Shown here one piece after another: positions 28,654-38,921 of a stretch of DNA of 64,000 nt. Location of the stretch: the NCBI GenBank assembly GCA_963849325.1, contig CAWKHF010000005.1, positions 1,097,351 through 1,161,350 on the forward strand, read 5' to 3'. The DNA is from an uncultured Planctomycetota bacterium (GTDB lineage: Bacteria; Planctomycetota; Planctomycetia; Gemmatales; Gemmataceae). Within the stretch, counting starts at the first letter, position 1. The number at the start of each line of letters is the position of its first letter. The notes under the pieces are model-generated. The model saw only the letters and a list, made by a program, of their open reading frames with translations, was not told the origin of the DNA and searched no databases. A program made the position numbers and the translations under genes.

Positions 28654-29460
28654 TTAATACTTGGCCATCTGGGCCTCGTGCGCCGCTTCCTTCTTGCGCC
28701 CGAGCCGGTCGAGCACATCCTTGACGCCGTCCAGCAGCATGCGCAGGTCGCTGTTGATGGCGAGGAACTGCCAGCCTTCCTCGATGCGTGCCTGTGCTTC
28801 CTCGGAGCTGAAGCAGTGGACGCCGGCGGCGACGCCGTGCTTCTTGCAGGTTGCCAGGATGTGCTTCATCGCCTGGGCCGTGGCCTCGCCGCTGGGTGGT
28901 TTGCCGTCCTTGCTCCGCATACTGGCCGCCAGGTCGTTGGGTCCGACGAAGATGGCGTCGATGCCCGGCACGGAGAAAATGCTGTCGGCGTTCTCGACGG
29001 CCTGGATGTGCTCGCATTGCAGGACGACGAGCAGTTCGTCGTTGGCGCGGGCGAAGTAATCGACGGCGGTGCCGCCGAAGTTGAGGGCGTGAACGCTGCC
29101 GCCGACGCTGCGCGTTCCGAACGGCGGATACAGGACGGCACTGACGGCATCCAGCGCTTCCTGCCGGCTGTTGACCATCGGCACGACGATGCCGTGTGCT
29201 CCGTTGTCCAGGGCGCGTTTGATGTTCTCGTGGCGGTTGGACGGCACCCGCGCCAGGGCGATGCAGCCGGCGTCGGCGATGGACGCGAACATGTGCGTGG
29301 CCGTCTCCCAATCGACCAGCGTATGCTCGATGTCCACGGTCAGCCAGGCGAAGCCGGCGCGGGCCAGGAAACGCGAGACGATGACGCTGCCCAACGACAG
29401 CCAGGTGCCGACGGACGGCTGGCCGGCCTTCAACGCTCGCTTGACGGGGTTGGCGCGCAT
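28654..29460 (-). CDS. HpcH/HpaI-family class II aldolase
   Basis: VDIEH, LARVP, ALDNGAHGIVVPMV, IFVGPNDL. Confidence 0.93.
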   Translation of the reverse strand: MRANPVKRALKAGQPSVGTWLSLGSVIVSRFLARAGFAWLTVDIEHTLVDWETATHMFASIADAGCIALARVPSNRHENIKRALDNGAHGIVVPMVNSRQEALDAVSAVLYPPFGTRSVGGSVHALNFGGTAVDYFARANDELLVVLQCEHIQAVENADSIFSVPGIDAIFVGPNDLAASMRSKDGKPPSGEATAQAMKHILATCKKHGVAAGVHCFSSEEAQARIEEGWQFLAINSDLRMLLDGVKDVLDRLGRKKEAAHEAQMAKY

Positions 29461-29502
29461 GGTGTTCTCCTCGGGGCCGTCGGCGACGGCGGCTGGGGTG
29501 GA

Positions 29503-29691
29503 TCAATCTTCCTCGAAGCGGCGCCGCGGCCGATAGGCCGGTTTGCGCCGCGGCGGCGGCTTGGTGTGGCTGCCGTGCGGTTCATCCTCCTCGACGGAGG
29601 CCATGTCGTCCTCATCGTGGAAATGAGGATCTTCGTACTCCTTGTGGAGACGCGGCCTGGGCGTCTCCGGGGTTGGTGGCGAGTCGCTCAT
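29503..29691 (-). CDS. Small hypothetical protein
   Basis: MSDSPPTPETPRPRLHKEYEDPHFHDEDD..., with GAGGA upstream. Confidence 0.5.
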   Translation of the reverse strand: MSDSPPTPETPRPRLHKEYEDPHFHDEDDMASVEEDEPHGSHTKPPPRRKPAYRPRRRFEED

Positions 29692-29872
29692 GTGCCTGTT
29701 CCTCGCGGCGAACCTCGATGGCTGGCCCCTCAAGGGCATGAACGAATAACCTGCCGCAATTATACGACCTCGCCACGGCGCCGCGCAGGGGTGGTCCTCC
29801 GAAGTGTCCTGTCTTCGCCGACCCCGCTCGGACGGCCTCTCCCCGCTATAATGGTCCAGGGAGGTGACGCCG

Positions 29873-30115
29873 ATGCAAACCGCTTTGCGGATGGAAACCA
29901 CGGTCCTGCCGGGCCATCGTCTCGAACTCAGCGCCCCGGAACTACCCGAAGGGGCCAAGGTCGAGGTCATCGTTATCTTGCCGGAGAAACCGTCGCCGCG
30001 CCGGATGTCCATGCTGGAATTTGTGGAATCGTTACCGCCGGGGCCTCGGGCCTTTCCCACCTGGGAGGAGTACGAAAGGCACTTGCAGGAGGAGAAAGAT
30101 GCATGGGAGCGCTAA
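29873..30115 (+). CDS. Putative antitoxin
   Basis: 80 aa (TTVLPGHRLELSAPELPEGAKVEVIV...ERHLQEEKDAWER) overlapping the PIN gene; GGAGG RBS; TATAAT at 29847-29852. Confidence 0.75.
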   Translation: MQTALRMETTVLPGHRLELSAPELPEGAKVEVIVILPEKPSPRRMSMLEFVESLPPGPRAFPTWEEYERHLQEEKDAWER

Positions 30116-30546
30116 ACCTGCCTGCTTCCGGCCTGGTTTATCTCGACGCCAACCCGATCATCTACACCGTGGAGAAACATCCCGTTTACGGGCCGCTGCT
30201 TCAATCGTTGTGGCAGGCCGCCCAGGCCAAGACCATCGAAGTAATCAGCAGCGAGCTGGCGCTCATGGAGACCCTGGTTGGTCCGTTAAAAAACGGCAAT
30301 ACCATCCAGGAGCGCCAGTATGAACAGGCGCTCCTGGGGACGGACATGCGTCTAATCCCCATCACACAAGCCATTCTGCGCGAAGCAGCCCGCTTGCGGG
30401 CAACCACCAAGCTGAGAACCCCTGACGCCCTGCACGCGGCCACAGCTCAGCAAGTAGGCTGCGTGCTCTTTGTCACCAACGATGCCGGCTTCCGGGGCCT
30501 GGCGGGTCTCCCTCTAGTGATTCTGGACGACTTGCGGACGCCTTGA
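30103..30546 (+). CDS. PIN-domain (VapC-like) toxin
   Basis: VYLDANPIIY, ELALMETLVGP, LRTPDALHAATA, FVTND. Confidence 0.92.
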   Translation: MGALNLPASGLVYLDANPIIYTVEKHPVYGPLLQSLWQAAQAKTIEVISSELALMETLVGPLKNGNTIQERQYEQALLGTDMRLIPITQAILREAARLRATTKLRTPDALHAATAQQVGCVLFVTNDAGFRGLAGLPLVILDDLRTP

Positions 30547-30563
30547 ACGCCCCGATGACGAAC

Positions 30564-31319
30564 TCACGTCAGCGTATTTCCCCCGTTTACGGACAGTTTT
30601 TGCCCGGTAATGAAGCGGGCGCCGTCGGAGGCGAGGAACGCCACCGCCTCGGCCACGTCGTCCGGCTCGCCCATGTGCTTCATCGGCACCAGCGCGGCGT
30701 AAGCGTCCTTCGACTCCTGCGAATCCTTGGCGTGGCGCTCCGTCGGAATCCAGCCCGGCGCGACGAGGTTCACCGTGATTTGCCAGGGGGCCAATTCCAT
30801 CGCCCACGACCGCATCAGGCCGAGCTGCGCCCCCTTGGCCGATACGTAATTCGAGAACTCCGGCACGCCGCGCTCGAACACTTCCGAGCCGATGTGAATG
30901 ATCCGCCCATAGCGCCGTTCCTTCATCGACGGCAGCACGGCCCTGGCCAGCAGCACGGGACTTTTGACGAAGAACTCCAGCTGATCCAGACAGTGCCGCC
31001 AGGTCAGGTCGTCGAGGCGGATGAACGGCTGCGGTCCCGTGGCGTTGAGGACCAGGATGTCGAGGGGGCCGAACGCCTTCGTCACCTGCGCCACCATGCC
31101 GGAGACGGCGGCCTCGTCGCGCACGTCGGCCTGGAAGACCTCGGCGCCGCCGCCGGCCTGGCGGACCTCGTCGAGTAACTGCCGGGCCTTTTGCGGACTA
31201 CCGAAGTAGTTGATGGCCACCTGTGCGCCGCACGCCGCCAGCTTGCGAGCGATGGCCGCTCCCAGGCCGCGCGACGCTCCCGTTACCAGGGCCGTTTTTC
31301 CGCGTAAATCGTGTGTCAT
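30564..31319 (-). CDS. SDR family oxidoreductase
   Basis: TGASRGLG, YVSAK, VNLVAPGW, FITGQKLSVNGG. Confidence 0.95.
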   Translation of the reverse strand: MTHDLRGKTALVTGASRGLGAAIARKLAACGAQVAINYFGSPQKARQLLDEVRQAGGGAEVFQADVRDEAAVSGMVAQVTKAFGPLDILVLNATGPQPFIRLDDLTWRHCLDQLEFFVKSPVLLARAVLPSMKERRYGRIIHIGSEVFERGVPEFSNYVSAKGAQLGLMRSWAMELAPWQITVNLVAPGWIPTERHAKDSQESKDAYAALVPMKHMGEPDDVAEAVAFLASDGARFITGQKLSVNGGNTLT

Positions 31320-31344
31320 TTCGGTATCCTTCACTGTGCAAATT

Positions 31345-31407
31345 CCTGAGCGGGGGCGTCAGCCCCCTGAGCGATGCGAACTCAGGGGGCTGACGCCCCC
31401 GCTCAGG
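31345..31407. repeat. REP-like palindrome, family C copy 2 (overlaps the regulator stop codon)
   Basis: CCTGAGCGGGGGCGTCAGCCCCCTG...CAGGGGGCTGACGCCCCCGCTCAGG. Confidence 0.85.
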
Positions 31408-32570
31408 TCGTCAATGAGTCGCCGGTCTGCGTGCGACGCCGATACTGGCCGGGGGTCTGCCCGGTCTCGCGTTTGAAGACGACACTGAGATATTCGGGGT
31501 GTTCGTAGCCGGCCAACTCGGCGATGCGTTCCAGGGGCAAATCGGTCTCGGCCAGCAGCTGCTTGACACGCTTGAGCTGCACGGCGCGAATCTCGGCCTG
31601 GGGCGAACGGCCCAGATACTTGCGGAAGCGTCGTTCGAGGATGGTCCGCGACAGCGGCACGTGCCGCAGTACTTCGTGTACCGTCACGCCGCGGCAGGCG
31701 TTCTCGCGGATGTAGCGCACGGCGAGGGCGATGTGCGGATCGTCGATGGCGAGAACGTCGGTGGATTGCCGCGTCGCCACGCCGAGTGGTTCAATGCACT
31801 CGTGCAGCCGTCGCGGTTTGGCGCCGGCCATCAGACGATCCAGCAGCGCCGCCGCCTCGTAGCCGACGCGCTCCGGGTTGGGCACCACGCTCGACAGCGG
31901 CGGATCGCACAATTCACAGAGCAACACATCATCGTCCACGCCGAGGACGGCGACTTCCTCCGGCACACTCAGACCGATGCGCTGACAGGCGTCGAGGACG
32001 TGCTGGCCGCGCGAGTCGTTGCAGGCGAAGACGCCCAGCGGGCGGGGCCGGTCGCGCAGCCAGTCGCCGATGCGCGACTGCTCCAGTTCCCACGGATGGG
32101 CGTGCCGTCCGCCCCACGGCGATTCGTACACCGCGCAGTTCGGCCCGGCCACGCCCAGCGCCTGCCGAAACCCTTCCAGGCGTTGCCGCGACCAGGCGTG
32201 GCCGGTGAAGCCGCACGCCGCGAAGTGACGAAAGCCGCGCTCCAGCAAATGCTCGGCGGCCAGAACGTCCGATGGCCCCATGGTCCGACTCGATCTGCGG
32301 CAGTCCCAGGCCGGCATGCACGTCATTGAGGTTGACGACCGGGATGCGTTTCTTGCGCAGCAGCTCGGCCAACGGCGGATCGGTCATCCGGCTGATGATG
32401 CCGTCGCCGCGCCAGTCCTTGAGCCAGCTCGGCGGAGCGGCCCCCAGCTCGCGCAGCTCCAGAAAGACCGACCACGGTTGATGCGAGCGCAGGTAACGGA
32501 TGATGCCGCGCAGGATCTGCCGGCCGTAGATCTGCGAGGTTTCCACCATCAGAGCGACGTGAGGCCGCAT
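31403..32570 (-). CDS. XylR-type (LacI sensor + AraC HTH) transcription regulator (frameshift near 32265)
   Basis: VALMVETSQIYGRQILRGI, VFACND, VPEEVAVLGVDDD, PPLSSV, RQSTD, C-terminal AraC HTH. Confidence 0.92.
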
Positions 32571-33109
32571 AACGGATCCTGCCTCTTTTCCGACGCTTCA
32601 CGCCATCCGTCGTTACCACTCCTATTGTGGCCCCAGAGGCAACCATTCTCAACCCGATTGTCCGCCCGTCGTTCTCTTCTCGGTCGTACCAATGTCGGCG
32701 CGTTGAGGAGGCAGGCAAAGGAACTCAAAACGAATACGCTGATTCTCATGGACAGGCCCACAACGCGACGTTAACGTAAGGTCAAGAGCGTAGAAAGGAT
32801 CGTCCCTTCGCGGCGAATCGGCACGGTTTTTGAATATTAATTAACCGTTGCGCCCATCCGAAAGGTAGGGGACCGCTCACGCCGCCCCGCTCGCCTTATC
32901 CGGTTGGATAAATCCATGCAAGATTCGGGTACGGACCCGATACTTGATATAGGGGAGGAAAGCAAGGTGGACGCATTTCCCCTGCTGGCCGCGCTCAACC
33001 ATCGGGAGCAAGGGCACGCATGGAACGGCCCATGCCTTTTCTTGCGCGAGAATTCCATCCTGTTTTTTCTTGTCCGTCTTTTCTTGTTTCTTTTCCAAGG
33101 AGTCTCGTG

Positions 33110-33988
33110 ATGTTTCAATTGCCTTTCGGGAAACGCTCGCGTGGCTTCACGCTGATTGAGCTGCTGGTGGTGATCGCCATCATCGCCATCCTCATCGGTT
33201 TGCTTCTGCCGGCGGTGCAAAAGGTCCGCGAGGCCGCTGCACGCACCCAGGGCGTCAACAACCTCAAACAGCTGGGCCTGGGTATGCAGAACCACCACGA
33301 TACGCTCAACTGTCTGCCCGACGCGGGTTCGGGCCAAGGTGTTTGGCCCACCGCCCTGCTCATGGGTACGGCGCAGCCGGGGCCTTGGTGCTACCAGATC
33401 CTGCCTTTCATCGAGCAACAGAATCTCTGGCAGAATTGGGTGACCGGGAAAAATAATCCGGGGATTGGGGTAAAAGTGTTCATGGACCCCGGCCGCGGAC
33501 GGCCCGCGACGGATAGCAATGGCTACGCCCGCACGGATTACGCTATCAACAGCACGCCCTGGTTTCCTGGCGTCGGCGGTGCCCAGGGGCCGACCGTCAA
33601 CACGAGCTGTACCGGGGGCAACGTCCACTCCAAGTCGCCCCTGACCCTGATGGGCATCCCGGACGGAACCTCGACCACGATGTTCCTGGGAGAGAAAGCG
33701 GTGCCCTCCACTGCCTATAACAACAACGTGGGCAACTGGGACGACTCCGCCTTCCAGTCCTACGGGGGCGACCAGCGCAATGGGATTTACAGCTTCCAGG
33801 ACAATGCCTATAAGGTTCCTCTTTATGGAACCTGCAACGGCGGCCCGTGGTGGGGTGCGCCCTACTCCGGCGGCTTCCCGATCGGCATGTACGATGGCAG
33901 TGTGCGCATGATGCAGTACGATGCGAGCGCCGGCTACCTCCAGGCTCTCCTCACCTCCAACGCGGGTGACATCTACACGGGTCCATGA
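33110..33988 (+). CDS. DUF1559 prepilin-type N-terminal cleavage/methylation protein
   Basis: [35 protein letters not shown]...[19 protein letters not shown]. Confidence 0.95.
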   Translation: MFQLPFGKRSRGFTLIELLVVIAIIAILIGLLLPAVQKVREAAARTQGVNNLKQLGLGMQNHHDTLNCLPDAGSGQGVWPTALLMGTAQPGPWCYQILPFIEQQNLWQNWVTGKNNPGIGVKVFMDPGRGRPATDSNGYARTDYAINSTPWFPGVGGAQGPTVNTSCTGGNVHSKSPLTLMGIPDGTSTTMFLGEKAVPSTAYNNNVGNWDDSAFQSYGGDQRNGIYSFQDNAYKVPLYGTCNGGPWWGAPYSGGFPIGMYDGSVRMMQYDASAGYLQALLTSNAGDIYTGP

Positions 33989-34010
33989 TCCGAGCTTCGG
34001 CGCAGGAAAC

Positions 34011-34099
34011 GAACCGAGCCGCGACCGTAACCGAGCCGCGACCGTCAGGGAGCGGAGGAAAGCTCACTCCTCCGCTCCCTGACGGTCGCGGCTCGGTTC
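34011..34099. repeat. REP-like palindrome, family B with a partly duplicated arm
   Basis: GAGCCGCGACCGT-AACC-GAGCCGCGACCGTCAGGGAGCGG...CCGCTCCCTGACGGTCGCGGCTC. Confidence 0.85.
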
Positions 34100-34242
34100 T
34101 CGTGGGGTCATGGTCTCCCGTCAGCCGCAAACGATCTCAAGAAAAGTACGTCGATTCTCATGGCGTAGTCCCCGGCGCGGCTGTATGGTAAAGAGGTGCC
34201 CTGCCGGAACCTCCCGCCTGGCGTCGCATTGGAATAGGCTCC

Positions 34243-36762
34243 ATGACACGAGTTCATTTTCTCCGCCGCGTAGGTGGCGGCGGCCGACTTCTCGGATGGT
34301 TGGCCGGTTCGCTGCTGCTGGCGGCGACGGTGCGCGGGGCGGATCCGGCGGCGCAACCGTCTGGGGAGGCGCTGCGTTTCTTCGAGTTGCGCGTTCGTCC
34401 GGTGCTGGTGGACCACTGTTACAAGTGTCACGCCGACAAGAAACAGCGCGGCGGTCTACGCCTGGATTCGCGCGACGCCTTGATGACCGGCGGCGATCAG
34501 GGCGCGGCGATCGTGCCGGGCAAGCCCGACGATAGTTTGCTCCTCAAGGCCGTGCGCCACGAGGACGAACTGAAAATGCCGCCCTCGAAGAAACTGACGA
34601 AAGAACAGATCGCCGACCTGACGCAGTGGGTGAAGATGGGCGCGCCCTGGCCGACAGGAGGCGCGAGCGCTCCGGTCACAGGCAAGCGCGAATTCCAGAT
34701 CGGCGAGCGCGAGCGCGCTCACTGGGCGTTCCAGCCGGTCCAGCAGCCGGCGATACCGGCCGTCAAGGATCGGGGATGGGTGGCCAACCCCATCGATGCC
34801 TTCCTCCTGGCGAAGCTCGAAGCGAAAGGTTTTTCGCCCAATCCGCCGGCGACGAAGCGACAACTGATTCGGCGAGTCTACTACGACCTGACGGGAATGC
34901 CGCCGACGCCGCGCGAGGTCGAGGAGTTTGTCGCCGACCCGTCGCCGCGTGCCTACGAGGAGCGGATTGATCGACTGCTGGCCTCGCCGCACTACGGCGA
35001 GAAGTGGGGCCGTCACTGGCTCGACCTGGTGCGCTTCGCCGAGACCAACAGTTACGAACGCGACGGCCGCAAGCCCAACGCCTGGCGCTACCGCGATTAC
35101 GTCATCCGCTCGTTCAACGACGACAAACCCTATGACCGCTTCCTTCGCGAACAACTGGCCGGCGACGAGATGCCCGACGGCGGGACGGACGGTCTGATCG
35201 CCACCGGCTACTATCGTCTGGGCATCTGGGACGACGAACCGACCGACCGCGAACAAGCTCGCTACGATGGACTGGACGACATCGTGGCGACGACGGGGCA
35301 AGTCTTTCTCGGGCTGACCGTCGATTGCGCTCGCTGCCACGATCACAAGATCGATCCGATTCCGCAGAAGGATTACTATCGGCTGCTGTCGTTCTTCCAC
35401 AACATCAATCCCTACCGCAACGGCGGACCCACCGATGAGGCGCTGATCGAAGCCGATCCGGTCGGCAAGCGCGCCTACGAGGACCGGGTCCGCGCCCACG
35501 AGCAGAGGCGCGAGGAACTGCAAGCTGCCCTGGCCGTGTTCGAGACGGATTTCCGCAAGCTCTACGAGCAGGTCCACGGCGGGAGCGTCGCGTCGAACGA
35601 CTTGTCGAGCCGGATCGATGCCGAAGGCGCGAAGTTACTCGGCGACGAGCGTTTTCGGCATTACCGCGAGCAGCGGCGCGAGCTGCGAACGCTGTTGCGG
35701 ACGAAGGTGGCCGGCGAAATGGCCCTGTGCGTCACCGAGTCCGGTTCGCGGGCGCCGGACACGTTCGTCCTCGTCCGCGGCAATCCGCACGTCCAGGGCG
35801 ACAAGGTCGAACCGGCTTTCCCCGTCGTCCTCGGCGGCGTCCGTCCGGTCCTTCCGCCGCCGCCGCCCGAGGCGAAAACGACCGGCCGCCGTCGCGTGTT
35901 GGCCGACTGGATGGTGTCGCCGGACAATCCGCTGACCGCTCGCGTCATGGTCAACCGCATCTGGCAATACCACTTCGGCCGCGGCATCGTCCGTTCGTCG
36001 AGCAACTTCGGTCTGCAAGGCGACAGACCGACGCATCCCGAACTGCTCGACTGGTTGGCCGACGAATTCGTGCGTCGCGGCTGGAGCCTGAAAACCCTGC
36101 ACCGGCTCATCCTCACGTCGAGCGCCTATCGCATGTCGTCGCGGACCAATGACAAGACATTGTCAGCCGATCCGGCGAACGATCTCTTCGGACGTTTCGA
36201 CATGCGCCGCCTGACGGCCGAGGAGGTCCGCGACTCGATCCTGGCGTTGAGCGGCACGCTGAACCGCAAGATGTACGGACCCGGCGTGTACACGGCGATC
36301 CCGCGCGAAGTGCTGGCCGGGCAATCGATGCCGGGCAACGGCTGGGGCCAATCGCCCTTCGAGGAGGAGTGCCGCCGCAGTGTCTACGTCCACGTCAAAC
36401 GCTCGCTGTTGACACCGATCCTCGAAAGCTTCGACGCGGGCGAGACGGATCGCTCCACGCCGGTGCGCTTCGTCACGACGCAGCCGACGCAGGCGCTGGC
36501 ACTGCTCAATGGCGACTTCGTCAACACACAGGCGGGTCTGTTCGCCGACCGTCTCCGCCGCGAGGCCGGGTTCGATGTCCCGAAGCAGGTTCGCCTCGCC
36601 TTAACGTTGGCCACCACCCGGCCGCCCACAGACGACGAGATCCGCCGCGGCGTGGCCCTGATCGCCGACCTGCAAACGAGAGAGGGCATCGTTGCCGAGC
36701 AGGCGCTGAGATATTTCTGTCTGGTCGTGCTGAACTTGAACGAGTTAGTTTATCTGGATTGA
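34243..36762 (+). CDS. PSD1 / planctomycete cytochrome c domain protein (PSCyt1-DUF1549-DUF1553)
   Basis: CYKCH, HWAFQP, NPIDAF, YGEKWGRHWLD, CARCHDHK, NPLTARVMVNRIW, THPELLDWLA. Confidence 0.95.
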   Translation: MTRVHFLRRVGGGGRLLGWLAGSLLLAATVRGADPAAQPSGEALRFFELRVRPVLVDHCYKCHADKKQRGGLRLDSRDALMTGGDQGAAIVPGKPDDSLLLKAVRHEDELKMPPSKKLTKEQIADLTQWVKMGAPWPTGGASAPVTGKREFQIGERERAHWAFQPVQQPAIPAVKDRGWVANPIDAFLLAKLEAKGFSPNPPATKRQLIRRVYYDLTGMPPTPREVEEFVADPSPRAYEERIDRLLASPHYGEKWGRHWLDLVRFAETNSYERDGRKPNAWRYRDYVIRSFNDDKPYDRFLREQLAGDEMPDGGTDGLIATGYYRLGIWDDEPTDREQARYDGLDDIVATTGQVFLGLTVDCARCHDHKIDPIPQKDYYRLLSFFHNINPYRNGGPTDEALIEADPVGKRAYEDRVRAHEQRREELQAALAVFETDFRKLYEQVHGGSVASNDLSSRIDAEGAKLLGDERFRHYREQRRELRTLLRTKVAGEMALCVTESGSRAPDTFVLVRGNPHVQGDKVEPAFPVVLGGVRPVLPPPPPEAKTTGRRRVLADWMVSPDNPLTARVMVNRIWQYHFGRGIVRSSSNFGLQGDRPTHPELLDWLADEFVRRGWSLKTLHRLILTSSAYRMSSRTNDKTLSADPANDLFGRFDMRRLTAEEVRDSILALSGTLNRKMYGPGVYTAIPREVLAGQSMPGNGWGQSPFEEECRRSVYVHVKRSLLTPILESFDAGETDRSTPVRFVTTQPTQALALLNGDFVNTQAGLFADRLRREAGFDVPKQVRLALTLATTRPPTDDEIRRGVALIADLQTREGIVAEQALRYFCLVVLNLNELVYLD

Positions 36763-36785
36763 GACAAAGAAAAGCGTAACCGGCT

Positions 36786-37082
36786 GTGCCAACCGATGCG
36801 GAGATCATCGCGGGTATTCAAGCTCCTGGCAGGTATAATGCCCATACCGGATCGGAAGCCGAAGCGCGCCGACTGCTACAACAAGCCATGCCCGATGCGA
36901 TCGAACTTCCTCTCGCAACGTCGGGGCAAGCCTATCCGAATCCGCCACGAGGTTGCAAGAAATGGTATCAGCGGCATCCACCGGAACCTAGCGTCGGCCA
37001 TGACCGACCGCACTTCAAGTACGCGGACTGGACGCGCGGCAAGAAGGGAAGAGGAGGAAGCTGGGGGCACATCGAGTTCTAA
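36786..37082 (+). CDS. Hypothetical protein resembling a stand-alone toxin-like domain
   Basis: 98 aa, basic and His-rich C-terminus HPPEPSVGHDRPHFKYADW...GSWGHIEF. Confidence 0.55.
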   Translation: MPTDAEIIAGIQAPGRYNAHTGSEAEARRLLQQAMPDAIELPLATSGQAYPNPPRGCKKWYQRHPPEPSVGHDRPHFKYADWTRGKKGRGGSWGHIEF

Positions 37083-37127
37083 CTCATCGGGTCGAGGAAT
37101 GAGGGGAGGAATGGAGGAGGTGCCATT

Positions 37128-37370
37128 ATGTCCTACGCGCTTGAAGTGTATTACCGACCGCCCGCTGACCCAAACAAAGAAACGGCACTGCTGGTATGTA
37201 TCGCGGAGCTTGGCGGGCGATTGGACTATCGAGAGGAGCCGAACGGCAAACCTCGGGAGAGTATTTGCCTGACCTACGAATTCGATGATTTCGACCAGGC
37301 CGCCGCTGCCGCCGAGTGCTTGCGTCAACGGGGAGAGTACGTGGAAGGGCCACAAGACTACGGTCCCTGA
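37128..37370 (+). CDS. Small acidic hypothetical protein (possible immunity/antitoxin partner)
   Basis: 80 aa with strong GGAGGAGG RBS. Confidence 0.65.
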   Translation: MSYALEVYYRPPADPNKETALLVCIAELGGRLDYREEPNGKPRESICLTYEFDDFDQAAAAAECLRQRGEYVEGPQDYGP

Positions 37371-37435
37371 TCGAGTTCGTGGAAAACCGGGCCTGGTAAT
37401 GCGAATCGCTTGAACGAGACGATGGGAGACCGATC

Positions 37436-38921
37436 ATGACGGGTTCTTCTCCGACTTCATCCCGAACCGCTCCGGCGTTCTGCCGTCGCACCCGACGTGA
37501 ATTCCTCTGGGAAGCCGGCGCCGGTTTCACCGGCCTCGCCTTGACGGGATTGATGTCGCTGGATGGCTTCTTCGCCAATCAGGCCATCGCCGCCGACGGC
37601 GTCACGAAGTTCGGCAACCCCCTCGCTCCCAAGAAAGCGCCGCGGCCGGCCAAGGCCAAAAGCGTGATCTTCCTGTTCATGTACGGCGGACCCAGCCAGG
37701 TCGATACCTTCGATTACAAGCCCAAGCTGTACGAACTGGACGGCAAGACGATCCCGGTGAAAACGTTCGGTCGCGGCGGCCGCAAGAACCAGGGTCGCGT
37801 CGTCGGGCCGAAGTGGAAATTCAAGCAATATGGCCGATCCGGCAAGTGGGTCAGCGACCTGTTCCCGCACCTGGCAACGCGCGTCGATGACATCGCTTTT
37901 TTGCACTCGATGACGGCGGATTCGCCGATCCACGGCTCGGCGATGCTGCAAATGAACACGGGCAAGATCCTGTCCGGCAGTCCGTGCCTCGGTTCGTGGG
38001 TCAACTACGGACTGGGCAGCGTCAACGAAAATCTGCCCGGCTTCGTCGTCATGCTCGATCCGACCGGCGGTCCCATCAGCGGCGCCAAGAACTGGTCGAG
38101 CGGCTACATGCCGGCCAGTTACCAGGGAACCATCCTGCGCCTCGGCCGGCGCTCCGGTGTTGAACCTGCGTCGCCCCGACTGTATGAGTGAAGCCGCCCA
38201 GCGCCGCCTGCTCGACACGCTGCACGATTACAACGCCGAGCATCAGACGCCGCGCGCCGACAACAGCAACCTCGCCGCGCGCATCGCCAGCTACGAAATG
38301 GCCTTCAAGATGCAGCGGCACGCCCCCGAGGCGGTCGAGCTTGCCAAGGAAACCGAGGCGACGAAGGAGATGTATGGCCTGAACGACAAGCGAACGCGCG
38401 ATTTCGGTACGCGCTGTCTGCTGGCCCGCCGTCTCGTCGAGCGCGGCGTCCGCTTCGTGCAGCTGTACGCGGGCGGCGCGCACAACGACGACAACTGGGA
38501 CGCCCACGGCGACCTGGTGAAGAACCACACGTACCACGCCGGCCGCACCGACAAGCCGATCGCGGCCCTGCTTCAGGATCTGAAACGTCGCGGCCTGCTC
38601 GACTCGACGCTGGTGATCTGGGGTGGCGAGTTCGGTCGCCAACCGACCGCCGAATACGCGATGGGCACCGGCCGCGATCACAACGCCTACGGCTTTACGA
38701 TGTGGCTGGCCGGCGGCGGCATCAAAGGGGGCGTCAGCGTCGGCGAGACCGATGAACTCGGTTCTTCCGCCGTGGTCGATCGCCTGCATGTCAAGAACCT
38801 GCACGCCACCGTACTGACCCAGCTCGGCTTCGATCCGAACGGGTTGACGTATTTCTACGGCGGACTCGATCAGAAGTTGGTCGGCGTCGAGGGGGCCGAG
38901 GCGATCCGACAGATTATTTGA
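37436..38921 (+). CDS. DUF1501 family protein (frameshift near 38140)
   Basis: TRREFL, VIFLFMYGGPSQVDTFDYKP, NWDAH, WGGEFGRQP, GRDHN. Confidence 0.93.

Noticed and set aside
26577-30546. Long ORF-track entries (26577..28247, 27620..29506, 28678..30546) as fusion proteins
   Set aside because: Only their 3' portions match real families; the extensions overlap other genes, and better starts exist at 27620, 28489 and 30103.
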